Notes under the pieces: model-generated | What the model saw: only the letters and a program-made list of their open reading frames with translations | Database searches by the model: none | What the model was told of the DNA's origin: nothing | Position numbers and translations under genes: made by a program | Part shown: one piece after another, positions 32,501 to 39,208 of the stretch | Position numbering within the stretch: position 1 is the stretch's first letter | How the letters are laid out: the number at the start of each line of letters is the position of its first letter | IMG/VR virus record: IMGVR_UViG_3300012665_000259 | Span: 4,404 to 68,403 of that record | DNA length: 64,000 nt | Origin: a virus | Taxonomy: Duplodnaviria > Caudoviricetes | Strand: one strand, 5' to 3'

Positions 32501-33001
32501 GCTATATGGCAATCTAATGTAGATTACAGTGTAGGAGTGATTGTCCAAGTAGGTAGTTATACTTACAGATGTATCTCAGCACATACATCTAGTGCTAAAT
32601 TTAGTCTAGATAGCGATAAATGGATTTTCTTTGTTGGAAATATTCGTTTGAAGAAGCATCCATTTAAAATACATAATGTTAGTGTACATCCAGAAAGCAC
32701 AGAGGGCGATGTACAGTTTGATGCCGACTTTGCAGTTACTGGCAACAGTAATATGCTTCGACTAACTAACTTGTTAGACACTGGTGTTAAAGTAACAGTA
32801 GTGAGAAAGACTGGTCGATTATGGACTGGAATTACTTACAACCCAACTCCGTTAAACCTTGATACAGGGCTAACTGATGTTGATACAGGGAATACGACCT
32901 TTGATCAACGAGATGCAACTATTTTAGCTAATAGTAACAAGAATATCATAGAATTTTTGAAAGCAGAACCAGGTATTTGGTACACAAATACTAAGAGTTA
33001 A
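17597..33001 (+). CDS. Giant (5134 aa) multidomain baseplate wedge / fibre protein (gp7-like position)
   Basis: Single uninterrupted ORF after gp6, with CBM5/12-like repeats, FG-GAP-type propeller repeats and GSGY repeats. Confidence 0.75.
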   Translation: MADNTNPNDSGISNFLPRFYRSESNKKFLQATIEQLVKPGTVKKINGYVGRKNAKATTGEDIFVAAPTSDRQNYQLEPGIAIDDTLGNTEFFKDYQDYINQLNVFGANVKNHSRLNKQEFYSWDPHINWDKFVNFQQYYWLPYGPDIVTIYGQQRRITSTYTVTTEIELDDKSFLFTPNGLTRNPTLKLYRGQTYYFEIDSPGEPFSIKTLRSGSTDNRFDNGFSIDNFAVEKGTITFTVPDDCPDVLFYVSENNIDLGGVFQVLDIKENTEIDVESQVIGKRTYTLSNGTSLSNGMKIEFGGNVSPAEYAKKKFYVEGVGTAIRLVAENDLELITPYSAEVSVLFDDTTFDSLPFSNATVYSGQVDYIVINRASRDRNPWSRYNKWFHQDVITKSAEYNGKISDLNQNIRAVRPIIEFDADLKLFNFGLESAPDVDLVDTFTTDVFSTIEGSIGYNVDGVQLVNGHKVLFTADNDILVKNKIYQVSFIDVQDSVKQTRVRQIHLLEINAPVENQVVVIRQGDANKGTMRWFNGSDWVVAQNKISLNQPPLFDVVDSNGYSFSDRSVYDGSTFVGTKLFSYKIGTGTADASLGFSLSYRNISNVGDIVFNFNAVTDSFQYKQVEKILQKNISVGYLVKSAGNNTVTYENGWQTSTIDHNYQPAIRVYKDSNLTNNFSLDIFDNKNNLDDLEVRVYINGIRLDKSLWTIVDGAVYKKILLTTDIKTSDVLTIKAFANQPINKNGYYEIPVNLQNNPLNAVMEDFTLGEVIDHVNSIIDNSTKFVGTFPGSNNLRDLGNVTTLGTKFVQHSGPMSLGMYHVTSSSNNIVRAIEQAREEYGQFKRNFLTVAISLGIDTDPKTHVDLILQDLNKDKPKKSPYYFSDMIPYGSTVRNDFTVIDYRILTYPLSNVFDLDVLSNKSVGVYLNSVQLIYGKDYVFDSQGFVKIISGLQNDDIVTIYEYDNTDGCFVPQTPTKLGIWPKYEPKIYTDTSLITPRVMIQGHDGSQVLAYGDFRDNLILELEKRIFNNIKVDYNPEIFNIYDIIPGYSRNTDYSLAEFNEVLAPNFFKWTSLIDRDFTKPLSFNRNDSKTFNYRGQSAPDGREVPGYWRGIYRWMFDTDRPNICPWEMLGYSLEPTWWQTVYGPAPYTSDNKIMWQDLSDGVIREPGKPVERNYTFARPFLINCIPVDESGNLVSPLYSNTAIGLITQASEGDFVFGDVSPIEAAWRRSSYYPFSVLLTAMLLKPASTFGLLLDRSRVVRNLTGQLIYSDSGLRVTPRDVVLPNIYSSDTRSQTAGVINYIVDYILSDNLKSYDQYLYDLDNLNFKLSYRIGGFTSKEKFNLLLDSKNPTAVGGVFVPQENYKVVLNSSSPIKKLTYSGVIITKLQDGFEVKGYSKTQPFFKYYAWIQSGLPINVGGISENYVLWSPNERYTLQKVVAYNNKFYRVIVPHLSTATFEPKNFQGLAKLPITGGRDAIFRKLWDRTDALVVPYGTKFRTIQEVVDFLQGYGEYLKDEGFIFDDFNTTLSQITNWETSAKEFLFWTTQNWSSGQDKWADWMADEKVEYGSIVRYNGDYYRAIRLVPASPIFEEQYYNKLEGLSTVGSSVISLSPAASRIVVKTEYSVVDDILNQFNGYEIFKVDGTKLEPNFINSYRSGNYVTYSPATDDGIFGATFFLVQKEQVVLLDNSTLFNDTIYNPTSGYRQERIKTSSYVSTAWDGSFDVAGFVFDQAKIQNWAAWTDYALGDVVKYKEFYYSALSSIVGGELFISNEWTKLAEKPTPALLPNWSYKAAQFTDFYSLDSGNFDVGQQKMAQHLIGYQPRQYLSNIIKDDVSEFKFYQGMIIEKGTQNSLNKLFDVLSAEGQESLKFFEEWAVRVGQYGASSAFEDIEFELDQSLFKNNPQGFELTQLPEDRLDFIIRQTPNDLYLKPLGYSSNPWILNKKFTPFLRTPGYARHEDVALVLDNVDEVLNEDPSALNVDDYIWCAFEGREWNIYRYAASDLKITNITYGNQKLVVTTNMQVRLDVGTYIALVQLNKISGFYKIDSVSLNTFTIKTVLTVPPDVPFADQDSVQLFYLTPQRIDSIDNARTIIPNRLSPGERMWTDDRGDGKWAVWEYNSVYTERAFENSSPEDDLAYGKNIAITKNGTYAVVSTANNIVIAYDKVPGSTKWLQRQSIATPFIFLIGNTNDQVPGYFGETVAISNDGTWIAIGSPLVSEAATNFAGVHSSGSSYSAGDIVYSNLLHYIAKQNVTSGVAITNTVFWKAISYLETDVTGSASGLTAHGVVSIYKRDASNIANLVTTILSPYPANNEKFGSSIAFANDTMFVSAAGANNNQGRVYQLNYNTVVATSTYIPNGSSGTTLKVASTADIEEGMFITGTGFAGYQEVLSIVDSSTLQISEAPGSTPFGTLTFTISRWEYSYNRKYKNTFNSSATYLKDDLVQYKNNVYRALTNITLTTNPTVNNEWELTTPGNITGFYPQQVVSGDSTVSYLPSIGENVEAIQQGGLFGYAISVSEDGSQLAISAPLADQTTYTTFKGDYNADMVYSINDIVQRTFGNKVASVLLDSTLTRNFDAGTVVTFSAPQLAGGTTATGTATVVLDDGDEVQENDERTVIKITITNPGSGYTSPPTVTLTDADSGSGEFYETIVTTIEPDIAYYRCTYNFDGAAAGVWNAGRWSRLPIDRIRTGNVFVYSLENNNYTLKQTLSSSIITTAQRFGNSIAVSGTGQYIAVGSTLYDGAETDQGRVVVYKLGQSLFAEYQVIDGHNVEEGAYFGSKLGFMNDYETLVVFSANADSYSIASFDNGDTIFDNGVMQLVENNIDSGRIDVFDRYANNWIFSESLDVETIAGDGYGIGFAVGTNNILVGAPYATDNTLNSGLIFNYEKPRHTRSWSQVFYEHDKPDISKIKKAFLYNKRSNELITYIDIIDPIQGKIPGIAEQELKFKTFYDPATYSTGAGDVKVDEGMAWTSGKVGMLWWDLTRAKFIDSYGGDVVFRNTTWNTLFDTASIDIYEWVESSLKPSEWDKKADTEAGLASGISGTSRYGDTVYSQKTRYDNISKTKKFTYYYWVKNKKTIPGTQGRMMSASDVATLIANPKGQGHKYLALTSANSFSLVNVKPLLQDKDVVLSVQYWTIDQTSQNIHSQWSLISEDENSSLPASIEEKWFDSLCGKDRNNRVVPDLNLPPKLRYGVEFRPRQSMFVNRFETLKQFVERANSALLANQIVKSRDISALNSFDPSPSLITALYDVAFDTDAELRFASVSTVKLAIITPVVVDGYITGIEISEAGNGYLTAPYITVKGNGTGAELRAIINSKGQITGVDIIDKGKGYDEYTTLEIRNYSALVLSDSQALGRWSIYSYDPYYKVWSRTQSQAYDTRRYWTYADWYADGVTQFTLADFSVDTISEIGSLTVKIGQYVKVRTTGNGGWELLQKYAESESIDWTQSYHVVGTQAGTIQLSSELYKFTDTTLGYDGALFDGDTFDNTAVIELRVILDTIKNKLFIDDLKQVYLDLFFACLRYAHTEQTYLDWAFKTSFVRVQHNVGELKQKVTYNNDNLANFEDYIAEVKPYRTQIREYVSEYTRLDTTQSSVTDFDLPPILRNAQNVPVFVNNVAGDIQSTEPAILEYPWKHWLDNVGFEITSLKLVDQGSNYITEPVVRIIDQDANSTAIPATARAFIANGRVSRIILLTPGSGYLTAPKVVIDGGLDVGGVAATAVAIIGNGVVRSNFIKMKFDRTSRTYFISELDESATFTGTGNQLQFVLKWAPDIRIGKSTVTVDGVEVLRANYTLAINKTTTRGYTSYYGTLTFKTAPAKNASIAISYIKDWSLLNAADRIQYYYNPETGQLGKDLAQLMTGVDYGGVIITGLDFSVSTGWDSLPFFTDRWDEIDPTFDDYIIKAGLNSNEFELPYIPEYGTIINIYHNGIRIDDPYYGTGLQTNDNATMQTFVGDGLTSLVSLPSIAVTRASDTVSLSGSSSIKFTDVTGIQVGSLVLSPDVITVGTTVVSVTGNVVPITSTGTISETTLTAPGLTSYAVGMRVTGVGVQPDTYILSVVASVPTVKEIQKILVTGTATGPVSFLGNTVLGSAAGNTAKQIVIKIVSDRVAVIAAWNSANPLSSIEELEIDLFENGETTIKVTFASSAGNTSKLISVVGGVFSAGITFGESQVTREGVGGTTSTATISVSQTVATATPMTFLPIIEISNPILANIPNSVELVVGNGTNFTLGEQLKGATKIALSNATGIEDGDEVSSYLDRITTTAIPVNTSVVSINPITNIVELSHAITAEIPVDTDITFGYNKLYFRKSTSDGSIKPQEVDYDTTLIGGDLAYTSATGLAADDILVDGDGFVTPTTSPDVEEVVPGQIVDTVAIKVFYRPSSGAANVRVDNYVADGVTDSFTITQYPNSKEAVLVKVGNTILTNVVDYTVNYRDRTITLDVVPAANSIVSLFTFGFNGAGVLDIDYFVGDGDTFEFITKAPWTGAQSSIAYVDGLIEPYELFQTDSTYESVNSVGIRFGTAPAIGAIINFVVVEGADENFSTIKTETITGNGTTRTFDLVNKIGSALPLEPNVIVRVGQEIYRPANNSYYQISKNKLTYVIDQSKVLPYEPDMADITVFANGIQLSVNVDYIIDPSVISVKITKAAYALYKGTTLIVSVAKGQEYILTPSAEAIGDVLAIPATITFTTAPGVGQVVEIMSAYKHDVLDIQRTAISVKTNLTYEPDSFEYYNYIGINSGYIKLDRSVVDTSSVWVTKNGLLLTPSIDYKLNKDKQSITFDQPLSEFDTIDLITYSSNVYKQTLSYMQFKDMLNRTHFKRLSLKKQTELTRDLNYYDFEIHVADASAFDVPNQSKNLPGIVEINGERIEYFVKSGNILSRLRRSTLGTGAASKYLAGTKVQDIGPSETIPYRDTTTVEQITTTGSGLVELNFVPTKSANAWSFDQGFETAIPEGYGQSNEMEVFVGGYDTSAIWQSNVDYSVGVIVQVGSYTYRCISAHTSSAKFSLDSDKWIFFVGNIRLKKHPFKIHNVSVHPESTEGDVQFDADFAVTGNSNMLRLTNLLDTGVKVTVVRKTGRLWTGITYNPTPLNLDTGLTDVDTGNTTFDQRDATILANSNKNIIEFLKAEPGIWYTNTKS

Positions 33002-33029
33002 ACTATCAGATAATATGAGCAGATAAATA
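33000..33029 (+). promoter_or_regulatory. Late promoter with upstream AAACTA-N4-ATAAT element
   Basis: ATAAATA at 33023-33029. Confidence 0.7.
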
Positions 33030-33050
33030 ATACGATAACGCGAGATCACT

Positions 33051-33659
33051 ATGCAAAGTAAAGATTTAACAGGACTACACATCGAAGGACATATTAAGAT
33101 ATGGAATCCCGAAACCGAGGAAGTGTTTGTAAATAAACGCAATGCTATTCACTATGAAAATATTAGTATAGCATTAGCTCAAAGTATTGCAAACAGCGGT
33201 CAAGGATTTATATATCAAATGGCCTTTGGTAACGGCGGAACTGCTGTAGACCCAACGGGTATTATTACATACCTAACACCTAACAGTTCAGGGTCAAACG
33301 CCAGTTTGTATAATCAAACTTATGCTAAAGTTGTTGACGACCGAAGCAGTAATAATAGTGATCCAACAAGAAATTATATCGAAACTCGACATGTTACTGG
33401 CACAAATTACACTGATGTGTTTATTACCTGTTTGTTAGACTACGGTGAGCCAAGCGGACAAAGCGCATTTGATAATACTAACGACAATCAAAGCGAATTT
33501 GTCTTTGACGAATTAGGATTAAAGAGCTATAGTTCTACAGATCAAAGTTTATTACTAACTCATGTAATCTTTCATCCGGTACAAAAGAGTTTAAATCGTC
33601 TAATTCAAATTGACTATACTGTTCGAGTACAGAGTTTAACTGGCTTAGCAGGAGTATAA
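33051..33659 (+). CDS. Virion structural protein preceding the tail fibres
   Basis: Late promoter; position between the giant wedge protein and the fibres; MAFGNGG and FDELGL motifs. Confidence 0.5.
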   Translation: MQSKDLTGLHIEGHIKIWNPETEEVFVNKRNAIHYENISIALAQSIANSGQGFIYQMAFGNGGTAVDPTGIITYLTPNSSGSNASLYNQTYAKVVDDRSSNNSDPTRNYIETRHVTGTNYTDVFITCLLDYGEPSGQSAFDNTNDNQSEFVFDELGLKSYSSTDQSLLLTHVIFHPVQKSLNRLIQIDYTVRVQSLTGLAGV

Positions 33660-33660
33660 T

Positions 33661-35814
33661 ATGAGTTATAATGTACGCTATTCAGAATTAAATAATCCAC
33701 AAAAAACAACGTTAGTTGTTGAAGACCAAACGTTAAACACTGAAACTAGTTTAACCTTTGTAGGTAAGAATTATGCAGGATATGCACAATTTGTTGCAGA
33801 AAACTTTTTACACTTATTAGAAAATTTTGCTAAAGCAACAGCACCAACTAATCCAGTACAAGGCCAACTATGGTTTGATAGTACTGCCGGTGTAAGCCAA
33901 CTTAAAGTATATGATGGCACTACTTGGACAGCAGCCGGTTCTGTTAAAAAAGCTACAAGTGCTCCTAGTGTAAGTAACAGTATTAAAGGCGATCTGTGGG
34001 TTGATACAGATAACCAACAACTATACATGTTCTCTGGCTCTAGCTGGGTTTTAATTGGACCACAGTTTAGTGGCGGATTAAAAACAGGACCAGATGTCGA
34101 ATCAATTGTTGATACTTCAAACAATGCCCACGGTGTTGTTAGTTTATATTCAGACGGTGAACGAATTGCTATTATTAGTAATGCACAATTTGCTCCTAAA
34201 AGTTCTATAGTTGGTTTTGAGATTATCGGAAAAGGTTTAAATTTAAGTACAGTTGATGCGACTAGTTCAACTGCACCTATGAAAGTATGGGGAACTGCTA
34301 GTAAAGCAGATGCATTAGTTGTAAACAATGCAGTTATTCCTTCAACAAGTTTTTTACGTTCGGATCAAGTCAGTACAACTAACTTTGGATTAAATGTTAG
34401 AAGTAACAGTGGTATTGGCCTTGGCGGCGACCTAAGTTTTAACATTGGTACAGATACCAATAGTGCTGTATTATATTCAAAGACTAGCAATTCAGTTATT
34501 GATTTTAAACTTACACTAGCAAGTGGTGATCCTAAAACTGTTATGCGTATTAACAGTACTGAAGAAATTACTAACGTTGGTATTAACAAGACTAATCCTA
34601 ACGAAAGTCTTGATGTAAGTGGAAATATTAGAAGTGACTTGGGTTTAATTATTACTGGCACGGGCTCAGATAGTATTCTTACAGCAGGCGGACTAAGAGT
34701 TGGCGGAGCAAGTTCATTCACTGGGCAAGTAACAGCTAATGCTCCTGTAATTTTTAACTACATTGATGCTAACGGAAATCCAAGAACTGATAATCCAGTT
34801 ATTGCTCCAGGTACAGACGCCGCAAATTTAAAGTATGATATCGGTACACCTACTCGAGCATTTAGAAATGTATATGCTGAAACATTTGTTGGCGCTTTTA
34901 GTGGATCATTTAGTGGATCACTAACGGGTAACATTAGCGGTACAGCCGCAAGACTAGCCAGTGCTACATTATTTCAGTTAGTCGGTGATGTTACAAGTAA
35001 TCAAATTAGCTTTAACGGACAAACAAATGATGGTACTGCAACATTCCAAACTGTAATTGGTCAAGATATGATCGACGCAAGGGAATCTGTTGCATCTGCA
35101 TACCAAACAGACGAATTTTTATTACTTAGACCTAACTTAGGTTTACGAAAAATTAGCAAACAAACTTTATTTGCATCGGCAGCAACTGTGCCCACTGGTG
35201 CAATACTTCCATTTGCTGGACCAACAGCACCAGCTGGTTACTTGTTATGTGATGGTAGCGAAATACGTATTGCAGAATTCCCTGCACTATTCAGTGTAAT
35301 TGGATATAATTACAGAGACATTAGTTTGTTAAATGGTGCAAGTACATTTGCATTGCCTGACTTGCGTGGTAGATTCCCGTTAGGTCGTGATAACATGGAT
35401 AACGGAAGAACTATTCCAAGTAAGGATAATAGTTCTATTCTAGTTGACGCCGGTGGTGGAATTGCAGATAGAGTAACAGATGTTACTGCTGACTATGTTG
35501 GTGGATTTGGCGGCTCAGAAGAGAAGACGCTAACACAAAACAACGTTCCAGATCACGAGCACGATTTACGTGGTACTAAACCCGATGGTAGTACTGGTAG
35601 TCAATATTATGCTACAAGAAATATTCCAGGAGCACCAACTGATAATGGTATTCCGGCAGCTGGTAACACTGGTTCTGCAGGATCTGCACAAGCTCTTGCA
35701 CAGAGTGGCGGCATTTTAACAGATGATTATGCTGTTAAGGATCTAGGTACTCCGTTCAATGCTATGAATCCGCATTTAACAATCAATTACATTATCTATA
35801 CTGGTACACTATAA
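33661..35814 (+). CDS. Tail fibre protein with C-terminal tail-collar domain
   Basis: PTGAILPFAG...GYLLCDG...LPDLRGRFPLG...NPHLTINYII. Confidence 0.85.
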   Translation: MSYNVRYSELNNPQKTTLVVEDQTLNTETSLTFVGKNYAGYAQFVAENFLHLLENFAKATAPTNPVQGQLWFDSTAGVSQLKVYDGTTWTAAGSVKKATSAPSVSNSIKGDLWVDTDNQQLYMFSGSSWVLIGPQFSGGLKTGPDVESIVDTSNNAHGVVSLYSDGERIAIISNAQFAPKSSIVGFEIIGKGLNLSTVDATSSTAPMKVWGTASKADALVVNNAVIPSTSFLRSDQVSTTNFGLNVRSNSGIGLGGDLSFNIGTDTNSAVLYSKTSNSVIDFKLTLASGDPKTVMRINSTEEITNVGINKTNPNESLDVSGNIRSDLGLIITGTGSDSILTAGGLRVGGASSFTGQVTANAPVIFNYIDANGNPRTDNPVIAPGTDAANLKYDIGTPTRAFRNVYAETFVGAFSGSFSGSLTGNISGTAARLASATLFQLVGDVTSNQISFNGQTNDGTATFQTVIGQDMIDARESVASAYQTDEFLLLRPNLGLRKISKQTLFASAATVPTGAILPFAGPTAPAGYLLCDGSEIRIAEFPALFSVIGYNYRDISLLNGASTFALPDLRGRFPLGRDNMDNGRTIPSKDNSSILVDAGGGIADRVTDVTADYVGGFGGSEEKTLTQNNVPDHEHDLRGTKPDGSTGSQYYATRNIPGAPTDNGIPAAGNTGSAGSAQALAQSGGILTDDYAVKDLGTPFNAMNPHLTINYIIYTGTL

Positions 35815-37712
35815 TGAGCTATATTATCAATAAAACTGATGGATCAGTACTAACTGAAGTTGTAGATGGTACAGTTGACCAAACATCTACAGATTTAACA
35901 CTAATTGGAAAAAATGCCAGTAGTTACGGTGAATTTTTTAACGAAAATTTAATCCGCCTATTAGAAAATTTTGCAAATACTAGTGCGCCAAGCAATCCAA
36001 TACAAGGGCAGTTATGGTACGACACAACAGAAGGTCGTTTAAAAGTATATGATGGCAACGGATTTAGGGTCTCAGGCGGAACAATTGTTGCAAACAAAGT
36101 TCCTAACAATTTAGTGCAAGGTGATATTTGGATTGACAGCTATAGAAAACAATTATTTTTCTATGACGGCACACAGCTAACATTATCGGGACCTCAGTAT
36201 ACTGATCAACAGGGTCTAACTGGTTTAACTATTGAATCAATTTTAGATACTAATCAGTTAAGCCATACTGTAGCTGTTATGTATGTTGGACAGGTACTGA
36301 TGGGAATCTGGAGTAAAGATCAATTCACCCCAGCTGCCCCAATTGCAGGTGCAAAACCCGGAGTAATCTATAAAGGCTTTAACATTGGTGCATTATCAGG
36401 TGCAGAATTTAAAGTTATTGCAAGTCAAGCTCGTGGTTTAATTGCGGCAGACGGTTCGAATAAAGTTCCAGAAGATTTTGTTTCTGTTACAGATCCAGAA
36501 ACTATTTTCCAAGGTAAAGTCTACATTAATAATACACTTCCTTTAACTCTTGGACCAGGCCCGTCTACAGAAATTAGAGTTACAAATAATGAATTTAACA
36601 TTACTCCGTTACAGTCAGGACAAGAAGTAGTATTAAAAGTTAAAAATTCTGGCGGTATTAAATCTGCAATTCATATTAAACCAACTACAGAATATGTTGG
36701 TATTTTTACAGCAGCCCCAGAGGCAATGTTAGACGTTAATGGTGACACAATTGTTAGAGGCAACTTAACAGTTAAAGGCAGTACAACTACATTTGAAACT
36801 AACAACGTAGCAATAGAAGATATTGCAATTGAATTAGCTAAGACCTCTAGCCCTAACGATGTTACGGCAGACGGCGCCGGAATTATTGTTAAAGGTACTA
36901 CTGATCATACAATTACATGGATTAGAGACGGCATCGATATTACGAATAGTAATTGGACATTTAGTGAGCATGTTAGTTTAGATGCTGGAAAAAGCTATAA
37001 AATCAACAATGTAATGGTCATTGACGAAGAAGGTCTAGGTAATACTATTGTAACTGCACCCGGATTACGATCAGTAGGGAATCTATATAGCTTAGGGGTT
37101 GATAATTTAAGTCTAAATGACAACACGATTAGCTCAACGGATACTGACGGTGACATCGTTATTAGTCCTAACGGTACTGGTAAAGTTAGTGTTGCTTCTA
37201 GCATTATTTCTAACCTAGCAGATCCAGTTAATCCTACAGATGCTGTAAATTATCAATTTTTAGAAGAATATATTCAAACAAAACCTATTGGATTTAGTCT
37301 AGATATTACTGGACTAAGTGCAGTAAACACAACCCGCAGAACACAAATTGCAAAAATTTTAACTGATGTGTTTCCAATTGTATCGCACCCTAATGGTGCA
37401 AGTTGCAGAGTATATTGTACAAAACAAGAAGTTAGTTTCCCTGCATTAGATGTAAGTTCAGGAGTAGTTACTACTAACGAATCTGTATTGCAAGCACCGG
37501 CGGCAGCGGGCGTATTAGTAACAGTTCCGGGCGGAGAAGCTACAATTTATGGAGTTGTTCCAGGGTCTGTGGCGTCAGTAGTGCAGGATATTACAGTGAA
37601 TCCGGTCAACACCGGCCCTGCAACGATAACTTATACTCGATCAATTGAAGTATATAATGTTGTAGCAGGTGCATGGACATGGGATAGTGACGAAGCTGCT
37701 ACTCCATTATAA
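35814..37712 (+). CDS. Tail fibre protein (paralog)
   Basis: Shares the LIGKN..YG...EN...LLENFAN...GQLWYD N-terminal module. Confidence 0.75.
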   Translation: MSYIINKTDGSVLTEVVDGTVDQTSTDLTLIGKNASSYGEFFNENLIRLLENFANTSAPSNPIQGQLWYDTTEGRLKVYDGNGFRVSGGTIVANKVPNNLVQGDIWIDSYRKQLFFYDGTQLTLSGPQYTDQQGLTGLTIESILDTNQLSHTVAVMYVGQVLMGIWSKDQFTPAAPIAGAKPGVIYKGFNIGALSGAEFKVIASQARGLIAADGSNKVPEDFVSVTDPETIFQGKVYINNTLPLTLGPGPSTEIRVTNNEFNITPLQSGQEVVLKVKNSGGIKSAIHIKPTTEYVGIFTAAPEAMLDVNGDTIVRGNLTVKGSTTTFETNNVAIEDIAIELAKTSSPNDVTADGAGIIVKGTTDHTITWIRDGIDITNSNWTFSEHVSLDAGKSYKINNVMVIDEEGLGNTIVTAPGLRSVGNLYSLGVDNLSLNDNTISSTDTDGDIVISPNGTGKVSVASSIISNLADPVNPTDAVNYQFLEEYIQTKPIGFSLDITGLSAVNTTRRTQIAKILTDVFPIVSHPNGASCRVYCTKQEVSFPALDVSSGVVTTNESVLQAPAAAGVLVTVPGGEATIYGVVPGSVASVVQDITVNPVNTGPATITYTRSIEVYNVVAGAWTWDSDEAATPL

Positions 37713-37714
37713 CG

Positions 37715-37721
37715 ATAAATA
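37715..37721 (+). promoter_or_regulatory. Late promoter (ATAAATA)
   Basis: Box in the gap before the ATG at 37744. Confidence 0.65.
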
Positions 37722-37743
37722 CTAGGAACGAGGAATACACGAG

Positions 37744-39195
37744 ATGGCTTATACCATAAACAAATATGACGGATCGCAAGTTACTGTAATTGCTGACGGT
37801 ACCATTGACAACACGCTAGATATCAAGCTCATTGGTAAAAACTATGCTGGTTATGGTGAAGTACAGAACGAAAATCTAGTCTTTTTATTAGAAAATTTTG
37901 CAAATGCAACCCAACCATCAAAGCCCATCAGAGGCCAAATTTGGTTTGATAGCGGGACTAGAAAGTTAAAATTTTATGACGGAACTAAATTCCGTACAAC
38001 AGGTGGTGCAGAAATTTCAGCAACTGCTCCTACAGGTCTTACTACTGGTGATTTCTGGTACGATACTACTAACGATCAATTGTATGCATGGAACGGTGCT
38101 GAGTTTATTCTAATTGGCCCGCAGGGCGTTTCTGGATCAGGCACTACACAGATGCTTTCACGTAGTGTGTTGGATAGTAATTCAGTAGGTCATGCTATTA
38201 TTGAAGGCATTGTAAACGACAAGACTGTTTATATTATTTCAGCTGATGAATTCACGCTATCTGCGATCAACCCAATTACTGGTTTTACAGTAATTAAAAA
38301 GGGTCTGACACTTGCTTATAGTTCAACTGGTGTTACAGCAACTGATGACAGATTCTGGGGAACTGCTACTGACTCTGACAAATTAGGTGGTGTTGCAGCC
38401 GCTAACTATGTACAGTCTGGTAATGCTAGTTTTAATACGTTAGTTAGATTTAGTGATTTAGGTTATACTGTTGGTAACAATAATAACTTAAAAGTATTCA
38501 TCGAAAGCTCAACAGATCCAATTATTCAAAATCAAGTTGGCGATAAGATTATCTTTAGAACAACTGTAGCAAGTGTAACACGTACTCCTTTAAAGATTAT
38601 TGGTAATGATATTTTACCAGGTGTTGATAACAGTTCTGATATTGGTACTACTTCGTTTAAATTTAGAACAATTTATGCAAACAGTTTTAGTGGAACAGCT
38701 ACTCAAGCTTCAACATTAGATGTATCTGGTACGTTTAGAGCTGCCAGTACTAGTGCAACAGCTAGTAGTATTGCCGCAAGAGACGGTAGTGGTAATTTAT
38801 ATGCTACACTATTCCAAGGCGAAGCATCTCAAGCTAGATACGCTGACTTGGCAGAAAAATACTTAGCTGACGCAGAATATGAAGTTGGTACAGTTGTAGT
38901 CGTAGGCGGCGAAAAAGAAGTTACAGCAAGTGTATGGGGCAAACGTGCATTAGGCGCAGTATCTGCAAATCCAGCTTATATGATGAATAGCGATTTAGAA
39001 GGTGGCACATACATTGCCCTAAAAGGTCGTGTTCCAGTCAAAGTTATTGGTTCTGTAAAGAAAGGCGATAATTTAATAGCGGCTAACAATGGTTGCGCCA
39101 GTGTTGCAGTTCATCACTCAAGTGAAGTATTTGCAATTGCTTTAGAATCAAGTACTGATTCTGGTGTAAAGTTAGTCGAAGCAGTGATACTATAA
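37744..39195 (+). CDS. Tail fibre protein with putative C-terminal intramolecular-chaperone (peptidase G2-like) domain
   Basis: Same N-terminal module; C-terminal YADLAEKY...ALKGRVPVKV. Confidence 0.75.
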   Translation: MAYTINKYDGSQVTVIADGTIDNTLDIKLIGKNYAGYGEVQNENLVFLLENFANATQPSKPIRGQIWFDSGTRKLKFYDGTKFRTTGGAEISATAPTGLTTGDFWYDTTNDQLYAWNGAEFILIGPQGVSGSGTTQMLSRSVLDSNSVGHAIIEGIVNDKTVYIISADEFTLSAINPITGFTVIKKGLTLAYSSTGVTATDDRFWGTATDSDKLGGVAAANYVQSGNASFNTLVRFSDLGYTVGNNNNLKVFIESSTDPIIQNQVGDKIIFRTTVASVTRTPLKIIGNDILPGVDNSSDIGTTSFKFRTIYANSFSGTATQASTLDVSGTFRAASTSATASSIAARDGSGNLYATLFQGEASQARYADLAEKYLADAEYEVGTVVVVGGEKEVTASVWGKRALGAVSANPAYMMNSDLEGGTYIALKGRVPVKVIGSVKKGDNLIAANNGCASVAVHHSSEVFAIALESSTDSGVKLVEAVIL

Positions 39196-39208
39196 AAAGG
39201 AAATTATT

